Shown piece after piece: positions 13,711 through 26,860 of a stretch of DNA of 64,000 bases (its first letter is position 1; each line of letters opens with the position of its first letter). Location of the stretch: assembly GCF_009914755.1 (NCBI RefSeq), contig NC_060935.1. One strand, written 5' to 3'. The notes under the pieces were generated by a model that was given only the letters and a program-made list of their open reading frames with translations, searched no databases and was not told the origin of the DNA. The translations under genes were made by a program, and so were the position numbers. Source of the stretch: the human T2T-CHM13v2.0 reference genome, Homo sapiens.

Positions 13711-16644
13711 CCCTCCCTCCTTGGCCCATATTACGGAAATCGTGGTCTGAGATATCCCCAGGGGTAAGTCCTATGAGCTAATGAGGAACATCAGAGGTCA
13801 CTGGTCCATCTTTCTGCTTTGGCACGAAATGCTACAGCTCAAAGGGACTTTGCCATTCTGATGGCAAAGTAGAGTCAGGAGCCACCTCCTCATGAGCAGG
13901 TCTTGGGGTGGGGCCAATATTTCTGTGTTGGGAGGGAGGAAAGGCCTAAAGAGGACCATGGACCCCAAGCGAGTGACCCTTCTGCCTCCGCCTGAGGCAT
14001 CCCAGGGCTACATACAACAAGTGCCCCAGGAACCTGGGCTCCAGTCTCACGTTCACTGCTGCCTTTCTCTGTGACCCTGGGAAAGCCCTTCCCCTTCTCT
14101 GAGACTCAGTTTCCCCCTGTGTCACAGGTCTTTGACTTGTTTTGTCAGCTCTGGCATTCATGAGTGCCCCTTTCATAACTATGGTCAATCCCTCACCCTC
14201 TCCTCGGGTTCTCCCCAATCCCAGGCTTCTCCAGTCCTGCTGAAGAGCCTGGTGTGGTTAAAAGAACAGGGGCTAGGCCCAGGGCTACCTGGAACACACA
14301 ATCCCCTTTGAGGCCACCAGGTCCAGGACATTTCTGAGACTCAGCTACATTTCAAACCCATTCCTACCCCCAAGATGCAGCCCACATCCTGTTACCCACC
14401 TCCAGGATGAATGAGCTGGGCTGTGTAATAGACTCCTTAGAGGAGCCGCCAGCTCCAGTCTCTTACAGGATTCTCTCAAGGCACCTTCCCCTGACTCAGG
14501 AGGAGCCAGAGACACCTGCAGGCCTTGTCAGAACCTGTGGGGTACATGTGCTTGGCCGGCTGTGTGAGCAGGTGCAGGGTGTTCTGTGCACCTGTGGTCA
14601 TGTGTATCCCTGTGCTGTAGGCCTGCATGTGTGCTGTGTGCATGCAGAGAAATATATGCTGTGGATGCATTTTTAAGTAGTCCATCCGTCTTTGCTCGTG
14701 AGTCCCCACTCAAGTCACTCAGTGTCCCTAGATCAACCTGGAAACAAGATTTAGAAGAGCCACCTGGAGACACACCTGGGAACCCAACACTCCATTCTGA
14801 AGGTTCTAGGATTTCTTGCACTCATGTGCACACACAAATACACCCGTACACATGGTTTCCTTCACCCCTTTGTACTGTTTAAATTAATATCTGTCATCCT
14901 CCATAGATTATAAGCATCTTGGGGATGGAGCCCAATTCAGTCCACCTTCAATTCTCCACCCCTGAGCCCTACCCAGCACTTAGCACAGGATTCGGAACAA
15001 GTGACTTGCTCAATTTTGTTAAAATGTCTTCAGTTTTAAATGCAGGTTTATGTGTGCATATTTGCACTAGGGGTATGGCTACACACATGTGAGTCTCCTT
15101 GCCTGCACTGGTGTGTGCCCACATACTCATGTGTTCAAATAAGCAAGCATGCACAGATGTGCACATCAACTAGTGTGACTAGCACACACCTGTGTGCACG
15201 TGTCTTTGAGCATATGTTTGTGTGCTGGCATACCCCTGTATGTGTATGAGCCTGACATATGCCTGTCAATGGACACTGGAGTGTCCCTCTGCATAGCCAC
15301 TGACATGCACAAGTATTACCACTCATTTCATCATTCATTTAGTTATCACTTGACAAATGTTTAATTAACACCTTCTATGCACCCACCACTGTGCTAGCAT
15401 TCGGTGAATGAAACGAAGTCCCTGCCTCCACACAGCGTACATCCTGGTGGATGCTTGTACACATGGTGGGTGAGCACACGTGTGGCCTAGGTGCTAACAT
15501 ATGTGCACGTGGCAGCATGTGTATATGCACCATGCGGAGTGGAGCTGGCACCCCTTCCTGATCCAGTTAGTAAGAAAGAGCACTCTGTCTTCCCCCTCCG
15601 TGGCTGGAACAGCTCACCTCTGGGGGAGGGGACACTAGGTGCCGGGGATCCCCCACCCCAGCCTGGACCTTGCCCCAGCTGTGACAAGGAGTCAGCCAAA
15701 GTGACTCCTCCATGCCAAGGGGCATGGAGGACTTTTAAACCAGGCTGGGGGCCGGCCTAAGAGGCCAGCAGGCCTGGCTGGAGAAGAAAGTAGAGGCAAA
15801 GGCCCAGGCATTGTTCTCTCATGTATCCTTCAAGATCACCAGCACGAAGTGGCATCAGGCGTAGCCATAGACAAAGACCGCACTCCTCCAGCAAGCTTGA
15901 CCATATGGAGGAGGGGGTGGGAGGGGACAGGGGCCAGGCCTTCTGGCTTAGGATGAGCCTAGAGAGCAGCAGAAAGAAAACACAGGCAATACAAGGCCTG
16001 GCCCCTAACCTTGCCCATGATGACAGCCCCGCCTTGCTGCACAGCCTTGGAGCCTCTGCCCCATCTGAGGTAAGTGGGGCGGGAGGTCTAGGTGACTTTG
16101 AGGGCTGCCCTTCAGGCCTTTCCCTGTGATGACTCACGCTACCCCAGGATTTGGGCCACGGAGGGTGGAGTGAGGCCTGAGTCCAGGTTCTGATGGACAT
16201 GAACACACAGGAGGAATAAGAAACTAGGTCAGAGGGTTCCTGTAGGGGAATGGTATGTGTCCCAGGGCCTGGCCCAAGGTGCAGCGGCTGTCGTGCCTCT
16301 GCCCTGCCTTCCACCTGGGGACCCTTCCACTCATGCATTGTGAAAATTTCCCAATTAAAGATGCTCACACCTACTAGTTAGTGGAGAATACAGAATACAC
16401 AATCAGATCACCCGTCAGGTCCTGGCTCCGTGTGTCCACGTCCAGCCCTCCAGCACGTGGCTCCTCCGTCTCAGCACCACACCCATGAGCTGCCCCAAGT
16501 CTGTTTAGCTGTGCAGTATCTAATCCAAGAGGGCAGGGACTGTGTCCACTTGGTTCTCACACTGTCCCCAGTGTCCGGCACACACAGATCTGGCTGACAG
16601 GAGGCACTCAATAAACATTTGTTGAGCAAATAAATTAACTGCAT

Positions 16645-16765
16645 GAACATGTTAACAGTGAATATTCAGGGTCGGGAAATTTCAGATCACTTTTATTTAT
16701 TTCCTTATACTTTTAAGTCATCTCCATGTTTTCTAAAATGAGCATGTGTTGATTTCATAACCAGA
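16645..16765 (+). mobile_element. Old L1 (L1ME-like) 3' terminus
   Basis: aacatgttaacagtg...ttttatttatttccttatacttt...ttttctaaaatgagcatgtgttgatttcataa. Confidence 0.55.
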
Positions 16766-17739
16766 CACTTCCCCCCTCCCCAACCAAAAAAAAAGCTTCT
16801 AAAAACAGAATAAAGCAGAGCTTCTTCTCCTGCTTCAAGGCCCTACTCCCCAGACACCCTCAGTGACAGCCCGTTTGTCCTCTGGGTTTTCTCAGCACTG
16901 CCTGTGGGAATAGCCATGTCACCAAGCAAGTTAGGGACCAGCAGCAGGGCTCCCATCCCCCAGACCAGAGGCTCTCACTGCCTCATCTTCTCATGTCCAC
17001 CGCTGAGTTTTGTTTTAAATGTTTGTTAAATCCCAGCTCTACCATTCACTCGCTTGGTGCTGCTGGGTGAATGACTCAACATCTTAGTGCCTCTGTTTTC
17101 TCATCTTTAAAAGGGGAATACTGCTAGTATCTACCCCATGGGGTGGGTGGGAGAACTAAGTGCACATAACGCACTTAGCACCATGTCCGCCTGAGGGTAA
17201 GCACTCAATAATTGTCTGTCTGGTTGGTTTCGATTTCTTTTATTAAGTCCTTCTCACAAGCCACAATAAGGGTTCTGCGTCTGTCATCAAGCTTAGTTCC
17301 CACAACGCTAGCAAGTCAGGCTTGTGATTGGACCCATATTGCAAAAGAGGAGCCAAAGGCTTAGACAATCAAGTCACTTTCCCCAAAGTCGCACAGCAAG
17401 GAGGCCACAGCATTGGGATTTGAATCTAGATCTGTCTGACTCCAGACCAAGTGCTCCTGAAGTTTCAAATTCCATCTATGAGGAGAGGCCAGGGTGGGAT
17501 AAGTTTGAGCTATAGGACAAGGCTCTGTGTCTTGGAAGGGTAGAGGGACAAGAGAGAAGATGGCCAAGAGAGGTTAAGCCTGGAGCTCCTTCCCTACACC
17601 CAGTAGTATACACTGAATACGGAGTGGCCACTGATTTGCCAGGGACAGCAGCTGTGGGGCTGGGAAGAATCCTTGGACTTGACCTCCCTGCTTCCCTCAG
17701 CAAGACCAGCATTCAAATCCCAGCATGGGTCATTCATTC

Positions 17740-18100
17740 CATCCTCCCCTTTACTCATTCATTCATCCATTCATTCACTTCCCTAACAATTATTTGTTGA
17801 GTACCTGCTATGTGCTGAATAACATTCTAGGCCCTAGAGATAAGTAGTGAACAAAATAGTGGAGTTTACATTCTAATGCAGGAGACAGGCAGTACGCATC
17901 TTAACAAGGCAGCGAACAGGTCAGATGTTGATGGGATCCCTTCATTGATGGAGAAGGTAAGGGGAGAGGAAGTGCCAGCGCTGGCACTCTGTTTCCTATC
18001 AGTGGTCAGGAAGGACCTTGCTGAGCAAAGATCTGTAGGAAGTGGAGGAGTAAGCCATGGGCACCACTAGACAAGAGGGTGGTGGGCAGAGGGAGCTGTA
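17740..18100 (-). mobile_element. L2 LINE 3' end
   Basis: (cattcatt)n, tatttgttgagtacctgctatgtgc...gtgaacaaaa...ggagtttacattcta. Confidence 0.8.
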
Positions 18101-18889
18101 TCCACTATGCTCCTCGTCTACCCATCCATCACTGTTCTGCCATCCTGTCGTCCTCTACTAACTATTAGAGGTTATAATCTCTCATTTTCACTACACCCCT
18201 CTGATACAGGCATCATTAGGATTCACCTTTCAAACATTAAAAACAGAGGCTCAGCAAAGCCCTGTGACTCTCCCACGGGCTGGGGGAGGTAGGCAGCCCA
18301 GGTCCCTCCAGGACACCTCCCCTCCCCGGCTCTGTCCTGCTTGCTGCCCAGAAAGGCTGTGATTCAGTGACCTGCACTAAGGGGATGGAGCAGGACTTGG
18401 GGGGGCCGTAGAGCTGCAGTTCAGGGAAGATTCTGGAGCCAGACTTCCTGGGTTCACATTCAGCTCCACTAAGTTCCTGCTGCATGGTCTAGCTCTCTGT
18501 CTCCATTCCCTCCTCTGATAAATGAGGATGATCACAGAACTACTTCTACAGTTGCTGTAAGGAGTAAGTAACTTACATAAAGAGTTTACGACAGAGCCTG
18601 GTAAGTGCGATGTGAGTGTCAGCAGTTCTGTGACTGGCTGGGGTCGGGCAGGGGAGCTCTGAGACCAGCTACCCAGGGATTTGGGAGCTGGACAATGCCA
18701 AGGTCCTGCGTCAGCCCAGGGCTCTGGCTCACACTGGGCCCTCTGTCTCAGAGACTCTGATCCTTGCCTGTCCTTGGCTGACCAGAGGGGAGGTGCCAGG
18801 CGTGGGATGGGGGTACGTTCCTGAGGGCTGAGGTCTGGAGTGGGAAGGGGAGGGGCAGAGAAGGCAGAGTGGGACAGCAGGGACTCCTC

Positions 18890-19397
18890 TCTAACAGAAG
18901 CCCAGTGCTGTCCAGAGGTCAGGAAAGGTGGAGCCACTCCCAGCCCCAGGGAATGAATCATGATTGGTCTAAGCCAATCCCAGTAACCCCAATGACTATG
19001 CTTTGTTCGGGGAGAGAGGGCAGGTGGTGCAATTTTGGCCAGCAAAACAAAAGAAAATGTCTGCTGGGGGACTTCTGGGAAAAGTTTCTTTGCTCTTGAA
19101 AAGAAATGAGTCACAAGAAGCAAGTTGTTTTCTGCCTCTGGCTGCAGCTATAAGGCTGTGATACTTGGAGCAGTGGCAGCCACCTCATGACCATGAGGGA
19201 ACAGCCCACCCTGAGGATGGAAGAGAGAGAAAAGGGAAAACAAAAACCATGGCCTCAGGGGATGTTGCTGAGTCATGGAATTAAGCAACGCTGCCTCTGG
19301 AACATCTCGTCCTATGAGATAACACATTTTCTTTATGGTTGATGCCTGCAGTGGTCGATTCTTCTATTACTTGCTGCCTAAAGCACCCTGACTCAGC
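18890..19397 (+). mobile_element. ERVL LTR, LTR33-like
   Basis: gaatcatgattggtctaagccaatc...ggacttctgggaaaagtttc...ggagcagtggcagccacc...ttacttgctgcctaaagcaccctgact. Confidence 0.7.
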
Positions 19398-19600
19398 ATC
19401 TTAGCCTGACCTCCTCTTTCTGGCTTGGGTCCATGTGGGTGCTCAGGTGAGGAATGGGGCTGGGTCAGACCAGTGCCCTTTTCTGTACAGACAAGGGACT
19501 TCAGGCAGGTAGGAAGACCCCACCCCACCCCCCAAGATCCTGGATCCCAGGAATGAGTGTAGAGCCCAGGAAAGTTACTTACCTGAACTCAAGAGGGACT

Positions 19601-19944
19601 TGTATTAGTCTGTTTTCATGCTCCTGATAAAGACATACCCAAGACTCGGCAATTTACAAAAGAAAGAGGTTTATTGAACTTACAGTTCCACGTGGCTGGG
19701 GAGGCCTCATAATCATGGCAGAAGGTGAAAGTCATGTCTCACATGGTGGCAAACAAGAGAAGAGAGCTTGTGCAGGGAAAGTCCCCTTTTTAAGACCATC
19801 ACATCTCATGAAACTTATTCACTATCACAAGAACAGCATGGGAAAAACCTGCCCCCATGATTCAATCACCTTCCACCCGGTCCCTCCCACAACATGTGGG
19901 AATTCAAGATGAGATTTGGGTGGGGACACAGCCAAACCATATCT
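19601..19944 (-). mobile_element. THE1 (MaLR) solo LTR
   Basis: tgtattagtctgttttcatgctcctgataaagacataccc ... gagatttgggtggggacacagccaaaccatatc, reverse complement of THE1 termini. Confidence 0.95.
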
Positions 19945-20415
19945 GAGCTACAGGTGCCTCTTCTGCCCAGTGACCTAGAAGGTTATGTTTCTCACCCTTG
20001 AGTCTTTGGGGACTTGAGGCTTCAAGATCATGCTGGGCTTGAACTGACGGTGCCTGTTTGGGACCACATGGGCAAAGGCAGGCGGGAGGATACAAGCTGG
20101 GCTCCCCACCATCCTCGGCTGCTGTAGGAAGGAGACACAGCAAGCAGGCCTTGATTACAGGGCTGTACTTGAGGAGCTCTAGGAGCCCCTTCTGCTGAGA
20201 CACAAGAATAATTAACCTACAAGGGAGTCCTTTATAAACTGTAATGTACAGTTCACATATCAAGTGCTCATATAACATGACGCTGGTACCTGACACATGA
20301 CGGGCACTTCATGGATATTTGTTGGTTTCATGAATAAATGAATGAGTGGATGAGTACTGACTGATGTCATGAATGAATGAATGAGTGAATCCTAGTGTCA
20401 TTACTATTATGGGAT

Positions 20416-20540
20416 GTATTCGTCATTACTCCCAAAACTTAGAGGCTTAAAACAATACACGTTTACCATCTCACTGTTTCTGTGGTTCAGGAATCCAGAC
20501 ATGGCTTGACTGGGTTCTAGCTGCAGGATCTCTCACTAGG
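20416..20540 (-). mobile_element. MLT1 LTR 3'-end fragment
   Basis: cccaaaacttagaggcttaaaacaa...atctcactgtttctgtggttcaggaatcc. Confidence 0.75.
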
Positions 20541-21251
20541 AGGGCCTTGTTGATAAATCAGGGCTGGCTCAGCCCTCCATCCCCTGCCTATAAGTTCTCC
20601 AAGGCCCAGCATGAGCCTCTCATGAGGCAGGCATCCTCGCATGTGGTAGGCATCCTCAATTGTGCTAAGCCCCAGACCCCAGGGTTCAGGCTGCCACTGG
20701 GACTTCTAGAGTATATGCCCCACCTTTGAGGGCTGGTCAGAGCTTGTTGGGAAGGCCTCTTCCTCCCCCAAGTTACTCTCCAACTGGTCAAGAGACCCTA
20801 AGTAAGACCAGATAGCGAGTTGTTTCTTGGGAGCAAGACTCGGTCTTGAAGCTGGTTGGTTCACATTGTATTTTAGCAGATGTTCAGAATCAGCCACCTG
20901 CCTTGGTTCTACCACCCTAGGACCAGGAGCCTAGGCTAGCTAGAGAGACCCTGGCCCTGACCCTGGCTCAGGGCCAGGACCAGGGCAGACAAAGTGGGGA
21001 GTCTCTCCAGGAAGCCGTAACGACTAGGGGTTTGTGCTCACACCATCACCATCTCCTCCTTTTTCAGCATTTCCAAGCCCCAATCACCCAAATGACCCCA
21101 CAGTTCCCTCCACCCACCTGCCCCACCCAGAATCCACTGCTGAGGGTTATCATGCCTCCCTGGGGCCTACCAAGAACCCATGTGAAATTGGCTCTGAGCC
21201 AAGGCATCAGATGGGCACAGGGGCCTCCTGCCCCTCCACACCCCTTCTCGC

Positions 21252-21411
21252 CAGAGCCAGCTTCACAGACATGTGGCCCAGGCAGTTGTGTGGGGCCCAT
21301 GCTTTGTTTGATGCTCTGCTGTTGCTGTCTTGAAATTCTTAATTTATTTCTCACAAAGAGTCTCTATTTTTCAGTTTGCAAGGGGCCCTGCAAATTATGT
21401 AGCTGATCCTG
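21252..21411 (+). mobile_element. MER91A hAT DNA transposon
   Basis: cagagccagcttca...atgctctgctgttgctgtcttgaaattcttaa...ggggccctgcaaattatgtagctgatcctg. Confidence 0.85.
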
Positions 21412-21780
21412 CCTCCAGCCATCACTCCCTGGGGTCCTCACAGCCTTTCTTTGAAGCTAGGAGAGCAGAGACTACAAGCCCTATTTGTAGATGAGAAAAC
21501 TGAGGCCCGAGGAAGCCAGGACCATACCCTGGACTCTCCTTCAACCCTTGGGCACACCGCGAGGCACCAACCTCAAACCCCAGGCCTGAACCTGGGGAGG
21601 AATTGCTCACAGTAGTCCCTCCTATGTTTCCACAGGAGTGCAGGAGGGACACCCCTTACTGCTCTTGACCCCAGCTTCCTACTGCAAGAGCCTTCTTCCA
21701 TCTCTTCCTTCACTTTTGTTCTGGAAATTAACTAGTGGTCAATGGGGTAGCAAATCTACTCCTGGGTTTGTAAAACATGA

Positions 21781-21860
21781 ACATACACACACATACATAC
21801 CTACACACATACACACAGTCACATACACACACACACTCACATACACACACACACACACAC
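21781..21860 (+). repeat. Imperfect (CA)n microsatellite
   Basis: acatacacacacatacatac...acacacacacacacacac. Confidence 0.95.
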
Positions 21861-23397
21861 AGCCCCTGTAACCAGGTTATCCTTCTTGGCCCAGCCCCCA
21901 AGTGCCTTCCCAGATGGGAGATGTGTGCCCCACCCCCTCCCCAACCTGAGGCCCAACTCCCACCAACAGCTGCTCCCACACCCCAAGGACTCTGCTTTCC
22001 CTGCAGAACATCAGGAACATTCTGCCAAAATTGCCACTGGGGGACTCAGCACCTCCCTCCCCCACTTCCTGACTGGAAAAGCATGTGCAGAATTCCCTCG
22101 CCTCCCTGGAAGTCTCTCCTGCCCAAACCCCTCTCCCTTGAGGACCGTGCTTGGCTGCTGCAGGGACGACTTGTTAGCAACTGCAGCCCTTCTCTCTGGG
22201 GGCCCCTCTGCCCACCCCCTCATCGCCATCCCCTTTCCTCTCTCTCTTCCTTCACTTGTTCACCTCACTTGGCCCCTTACTCCACACGTGGGGAAAGTGA
22301 GGTTCAGGGGAAGGGTTCATCTCAGTTGCTGCCTCTGAAGACTGACCTGCTGGGCGAATGAGGCCGAGGGCCCAGAGCGCCCTGGCCTGGCACCCAGCCA
22401 TGCTCAGCAGCTGTCCCTTCCTCCCTGCGACTCCTCCTTCCATCTTTGTTCCCATCTGTCCCTCTGCCACTCCCTCAATCTCCATATTAGCTGCCCGTCC
22501 ACCCTGACCCCCAGCTCTCCACCTGGCTGAGCTCCAGGAAGGCCTTCTCCCTAATCCCCACCCACCTCCTGCCTTAGGAGTGCCCCTCTCTGGAGCTCCC
22601 ACCCCTAAACTGGGAACACTAGGAGAGCCTCTCAGACACCTGACCTTCCTGGCTCCACAGCTCAGGCCTGGTGGCGGGCAGTGGGCAGGGAGGTACCCAG
22701 TGGCGGAGACCCTCCCTGGCCTCCAACTTCTGCTCCCCAGGCCCGGGCCACGACCAGCCCCAGCCTGTCACTTGGCAACGGTGCCTCCTGTATGAATAAC
22801 AGCTCTTTAATTAGGATATTATAGGAAGTGGGGCCTGTGGCAGCTACTTGCTAGAAATGCCAGCAGCAATTCCTGAGCCGCATGGAAATGGACAGATCCT
22901 GTGTCACACCCGGTGCCACCGGCTCCCCGCCACGGAGCTCGCGTCCAAATGAGATTTCTTTCTCCCTGAAGAAAACAATTTGATCTCACTCTCTTTTCTC
23001 CCTTTTTTTTTTTTTGTTTTTTTCAAACTCTCCTCTGATTGTCAGGACTGAAAATACTTACTGGGACCCAGTTCATTGTTTTCAGATTCAATTGGGCCCA
23101 GGGAGATGGCGGAGGTGGGGTGGCCTCCCATGGCTTGGCTGGGCATTGGTCACCTGAGAGGGCTCTGCTCTGGGATCACTTTCAGTCATGATGATGATGA
23201 GGACACTGACCATAGCTGTGTGGCTCAAATATGTACACATATTAGTTCATTTGATTCTCACACAACCCTACAAAGATACTAGCATCCCCATTCTAAAGAT
23301 GAGGAAACTGAGGCCCAGAGAGGTTAGTCACATTCTAAAAGCAGCTGGCAAGTGGGGAAGCCAGGAAGAGAATCAAGGACTCTGGAGTTATTCATCT

Positions 23398-23548
23398 ATT
23401 TTTTAGAGAGACAGGGGTCTGGCTGGCTGTTGCCCAGACTGCTAGAGTGCAGTGGTGCAATCACAGCTCGCTGCAGCCTCAAACTAGGCTCAACCCATCC
23501 TCCTGCCTCAGCCTCCTGAGTAGCTGGGATGACAGGGGTGTGCCTGGC
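23398..23548 (-). mobile_element. Old Alu right monomer (FRAM/AluJ-like), next to a MIR
   Basis: gagacaggggtct...gagtgcagtggtgcaatcacagctcgctgcagcctc...cctgcctcagcctcctgagtagctggga. Confidence 0.88.
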
Positions 23549-25484
23549 AGATTAGTCATATATTACCACTGTATCAGTTCCAAGGAGATCAGTACATTCT
23601 GAGGAAATATAAGACCCCGGACCTCAGTTGCCTCATCTTTAAAATGGGAATAGTGACATCTTCCCTACCGATGACACAGGGCTATCATGAGCATTTCCAG
23701 AAAAGAACAGAAAGGAAAATGCTCAGAATGCAAACTTGAGGTCAGGCATATAGTCGGCAAGAAAGGAGAGAAAAATATGACCTGGGGGTAGAAAGAGGAG
23801 GCCAGAGAAGACTCCCATGTCTCCTCCTCCCATGAGCTCAGCACCCAGGGAAAGGAAAGGGAAGGGCTAGTGGGGCGGGGCGGGGCAGGGCTGAGGCTAT
23901 GGCCTCCCCCACCCCCATCCGACTCCACACCACCAAGACCCCCATCCCACAGGAATTTTCCTGCCAGCCCAGGAGCAGACACAAGCATTTAGCAACATGT
24001 CTTCCTCCTCAGCTTGCTCCAGCACATATGTCCATGTACCTGCCAAGGCCCCTGCCCTGGGGTCACATTTGCACCTGCTTTCTGTACCCTGAGCTCCACC
24101 AACCCGAGCCTCTCCCTGCTTCCTGCATACACCTGCCATTGATGCTACCAGTGCTGAATCAAGCTATCTCCTCCACCTGGGATTCCCTCCCCATCAGGTC
24201 TAACTACTTATCCTTCAAGGTTCTGATTCAATGGCCACTTTCTTCCTAATAGGAAGATATGAGATAGGGAGAGAATGGGAGAGGAAGCACTGGCCAGGAG
24301 CTTGAAATCCTGGCTTCTCACTACCGGTTTGCCAGGGGGCCTGGGGCTAGCACTGATCCTCAATGGGCCTCAGTTTTCTCATCTGTAAATTGGAGCCCAT
24401 GGAGCTGGTGATCTCTAAGCTCCCTCTACAGATATGGTTTCTCAGTGCAACCTCGATTCCTAGGCCTGGTCTCAGAGACTGTAAACAGATTCTTAGAGAG
24501 CTGGAAATAAAGATTGTGTTCCCATCTGTGGAATGAGGTTGACCCTGATACCCTCAAGGAAGCAGACAGACAAGCGGTCATAGTGGGAAGTGCCTAGATT
24601 CCAGTCCTGGCTCTGCCTTCAGCTTGCTGGGTGACCTCAAGCAAATCTCTCACCTTCTCTGTGTCTCAGTGTGCCAGCTGTAACATGAAGGACTTCTACA
24701 ACCCTTCCTCCTGTAAAATTCTAAGATTCTGGGCTTCCAGCTCCTACCCCTGCCTACCTGGGACAGAGGGGATGGGAGGTTGGGGGAAGTATGGAAATTT
24801 CAGGGGAGGAGTCCAGAATATTATCCTTATACCTCCCCCAGACCCTGACCCACCACATCCAAAGGGCAACATCAGCTAGTCCCAAACCAGGGCTGCTGGG
24901 TTTGGAGAGCAGCTGCCTCATCACAGACCTCAACACAGTGGCTGGTCCCCAGGCATCAGACAGTGCACAGACTCATTACCATTGTGACTATGAAGCCACA
25001 GTGACATGGCTTTGAAATCTAAATGAAAGAACCACAACAGAGACCCCTTCCCTATGGCTCAACCTGACACCAGGATTTATTGCTTTCATTTTAATAGGTT
25101 AATTACTTTGACAGGTAGGTGTTTGAGAGGCTTCCTCCTCAGCACAGGGCAATTGTGGGGTGACCAGCTTTCCCCAGGCAAGCTCTCAGTGAATGCAGTG
25201 GGAGGTGGAGCCAGGCCAGCCTTAATTACCTGAGCGGGGGTGGTTGGGGGTTGTATTAATCTCAATGATGCTCCTCTCGGAGCAGAGTGCTTTGTTGGGG
25301 CTGTGAAAATACAGATCTTCGCACAGGCAGCCAGACTGGATTTATAGAAAACAACTGAACTCTGCGTCTCCAGCTACCATTAGCATTTCCCACCTTGTTC
25401 TTTACAGGTGGGGCTGATCTCCCCTGATGGACGGGCAGCTCCTGGAAGGCAGGGCTGTGCTGATTGATGCCTGGGGCCCACTCC

Positions 25485-26860
25485 TATTCATTCGTTCAAC
25501 TGGCGTGTATGGAGCGCCCACCATACATCAGGCACTGTTCTAGGTGCTGAGATTGTAGCAGCGGACAAAACAGAAATCCCTGCTTGCCTGGAGCTTACAT
25601 TCTAGCAGGAGGAGAGAGCCGATAAGCAAAAGAAAGAGGTTGCTAATTGCATTCGTTTTATCTTGCTACGTAAGCAATGACCACACACTTTGCGGCCTCA
25701 GATAAGGCCCACTAATCATCTCATCATTTCCATGTGTCAGGAATCCACACACAGCTTAGCCGGACCCTCTGCTTAGAGCCTTGTGTGGCTGAAGTCAAGT
25801 TGTTGGCCGGATTGCATTCCTTTCTGGAGTTCGGTGTTCTCTTTCGAGTTCAAGTGGTTGTTGGCAGATCCAAGTTCCTCGCTGGCTGTCAGCAGGGGCT
25901 GCTCTTAACTGCTAGAGGTTGCTTTTGGGTCCTTACCAGGCGACTCCCTCCATCTTCAAAGCCAGCAACGGAGAACTTCCCCACGTCCAGCTTTGAATCT
26001 CTCTCGCTGGATGCCCAGTCCCTTTTGAGAGCTTATCTAATAGGGCTGGGCTCCTGGAGGATAGCCTCCCTTTTTATAAAGTCAACTAATGATTTGGGAC
26101 CTTAATTACATCAGCCAAATCCCTTCACGGCAGCATCTAGATGCATGATGGAATATGTTGCTGAGAGAAGGTGTGTATACACCAGGGGGCTGGAGTCTGT
26201 GGGCATCTTGAACTCTGCCTACCATGGTATGTCATATGTTAGGAGGTGCAAAGTGATCCAGAGAGAAACTAAGCAGGAAAGGGGTCACAGAGTGATGGGT
26301 GGGGGGGGTTGCAATTTTTAATATGTGCTCAGGAAAGGCACCATGAGAAGCAGCATTTGGGCAGAGGCTGCCCAATGGTGAGGGAGTTAGCCTTGGGGAG
26401 TGTGCACCCAGCCGAGGGAATGGCAAGGGCAAAGACCCCGAGGCAGCACATTGGAACAGCAAGGACCAGAGAGCCAGGGGGAGGGCCACAGGGGATGAGA
26501 CCAGATGGTATAGGGCCTCTAGGCCATGGCGAGGACACCAGCTTTTCAAAAGCCGACTGCAATGCAGGATCATCAAAGGATTTTGAGGACTGGCATGATT
26601 TGACTTACATGTTTAAAAGGTCCCTTGGGCTGTGGCATTGAGAATAGACTGCAGAGGGCAAGGGCAGAGCAGGGAGATCAGTTAGGAGGCCCTTGACGTC
26701 ACCCAGGGGAAGAGAGATGGTGCCTTCCACCAGGGTGGTAGCAGTGGAAGAGGTGAGAGTCAGTCAGATACTGGGCGTCTTTTGAAAGTAGAGCTGACAG
26801 GCTTCCTGGCTTAGCAGTGTGCTGTAGGGCAGAGAGAGGAGCCAAAACTCATCCCATCCC
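25485..26860 (-). mobile_element. L2 LINE 3' region, interrupted by an MLT1E-like LTR
   Basis: attcattcgttcaac...caggcactgttctaggtgctg...ggagcttacattctag; resumes at about 26230 with gagaatagactgcagaggg...ttttgaaagtagagctgacagg. Confidence 0.8.
25648..26225 (-). mobile_element. MaLR LTR, MLT1E-like
   Basis: gtggttgttggcagatccaagttcct...ccctccatcttcaaagccagcaa...gatttgggaccttaattacatc...atcttgaactctgcctacca. Confidence 0.85.

Noticed and set aside
14540-15530. TGCA/TGTG-rich stretches as a structured repeat
   Set aside because: Degenerate low-complexity sequence with no consistent period.
15757-16368. 203 aa ORF, likewise 21777-22361 and 37965-38558
   Set aside because: Low-complexity P/S/L-rich chance ORFs overlapping repeats or GC-rich sequence, with no recognisable homology.
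18377-19123. Longest ORF (248 aa)
   Set aside because: Runs through LTR33 and MIR remnants, no ATG start, no recognisable domain.
23836-23856. Other RE1 half-sites (also about 16470, 27139, 40962, 43465, 48453)
   Set aside because: Only the left half matches or the right half and spacing are wrong.
25400-25620. Opposed L2 3' ends as a miR-28/151-type hairpin
   Set aside because: The order and spacing are not those of the L2-derived microRNA hairpins and I see no good stem.
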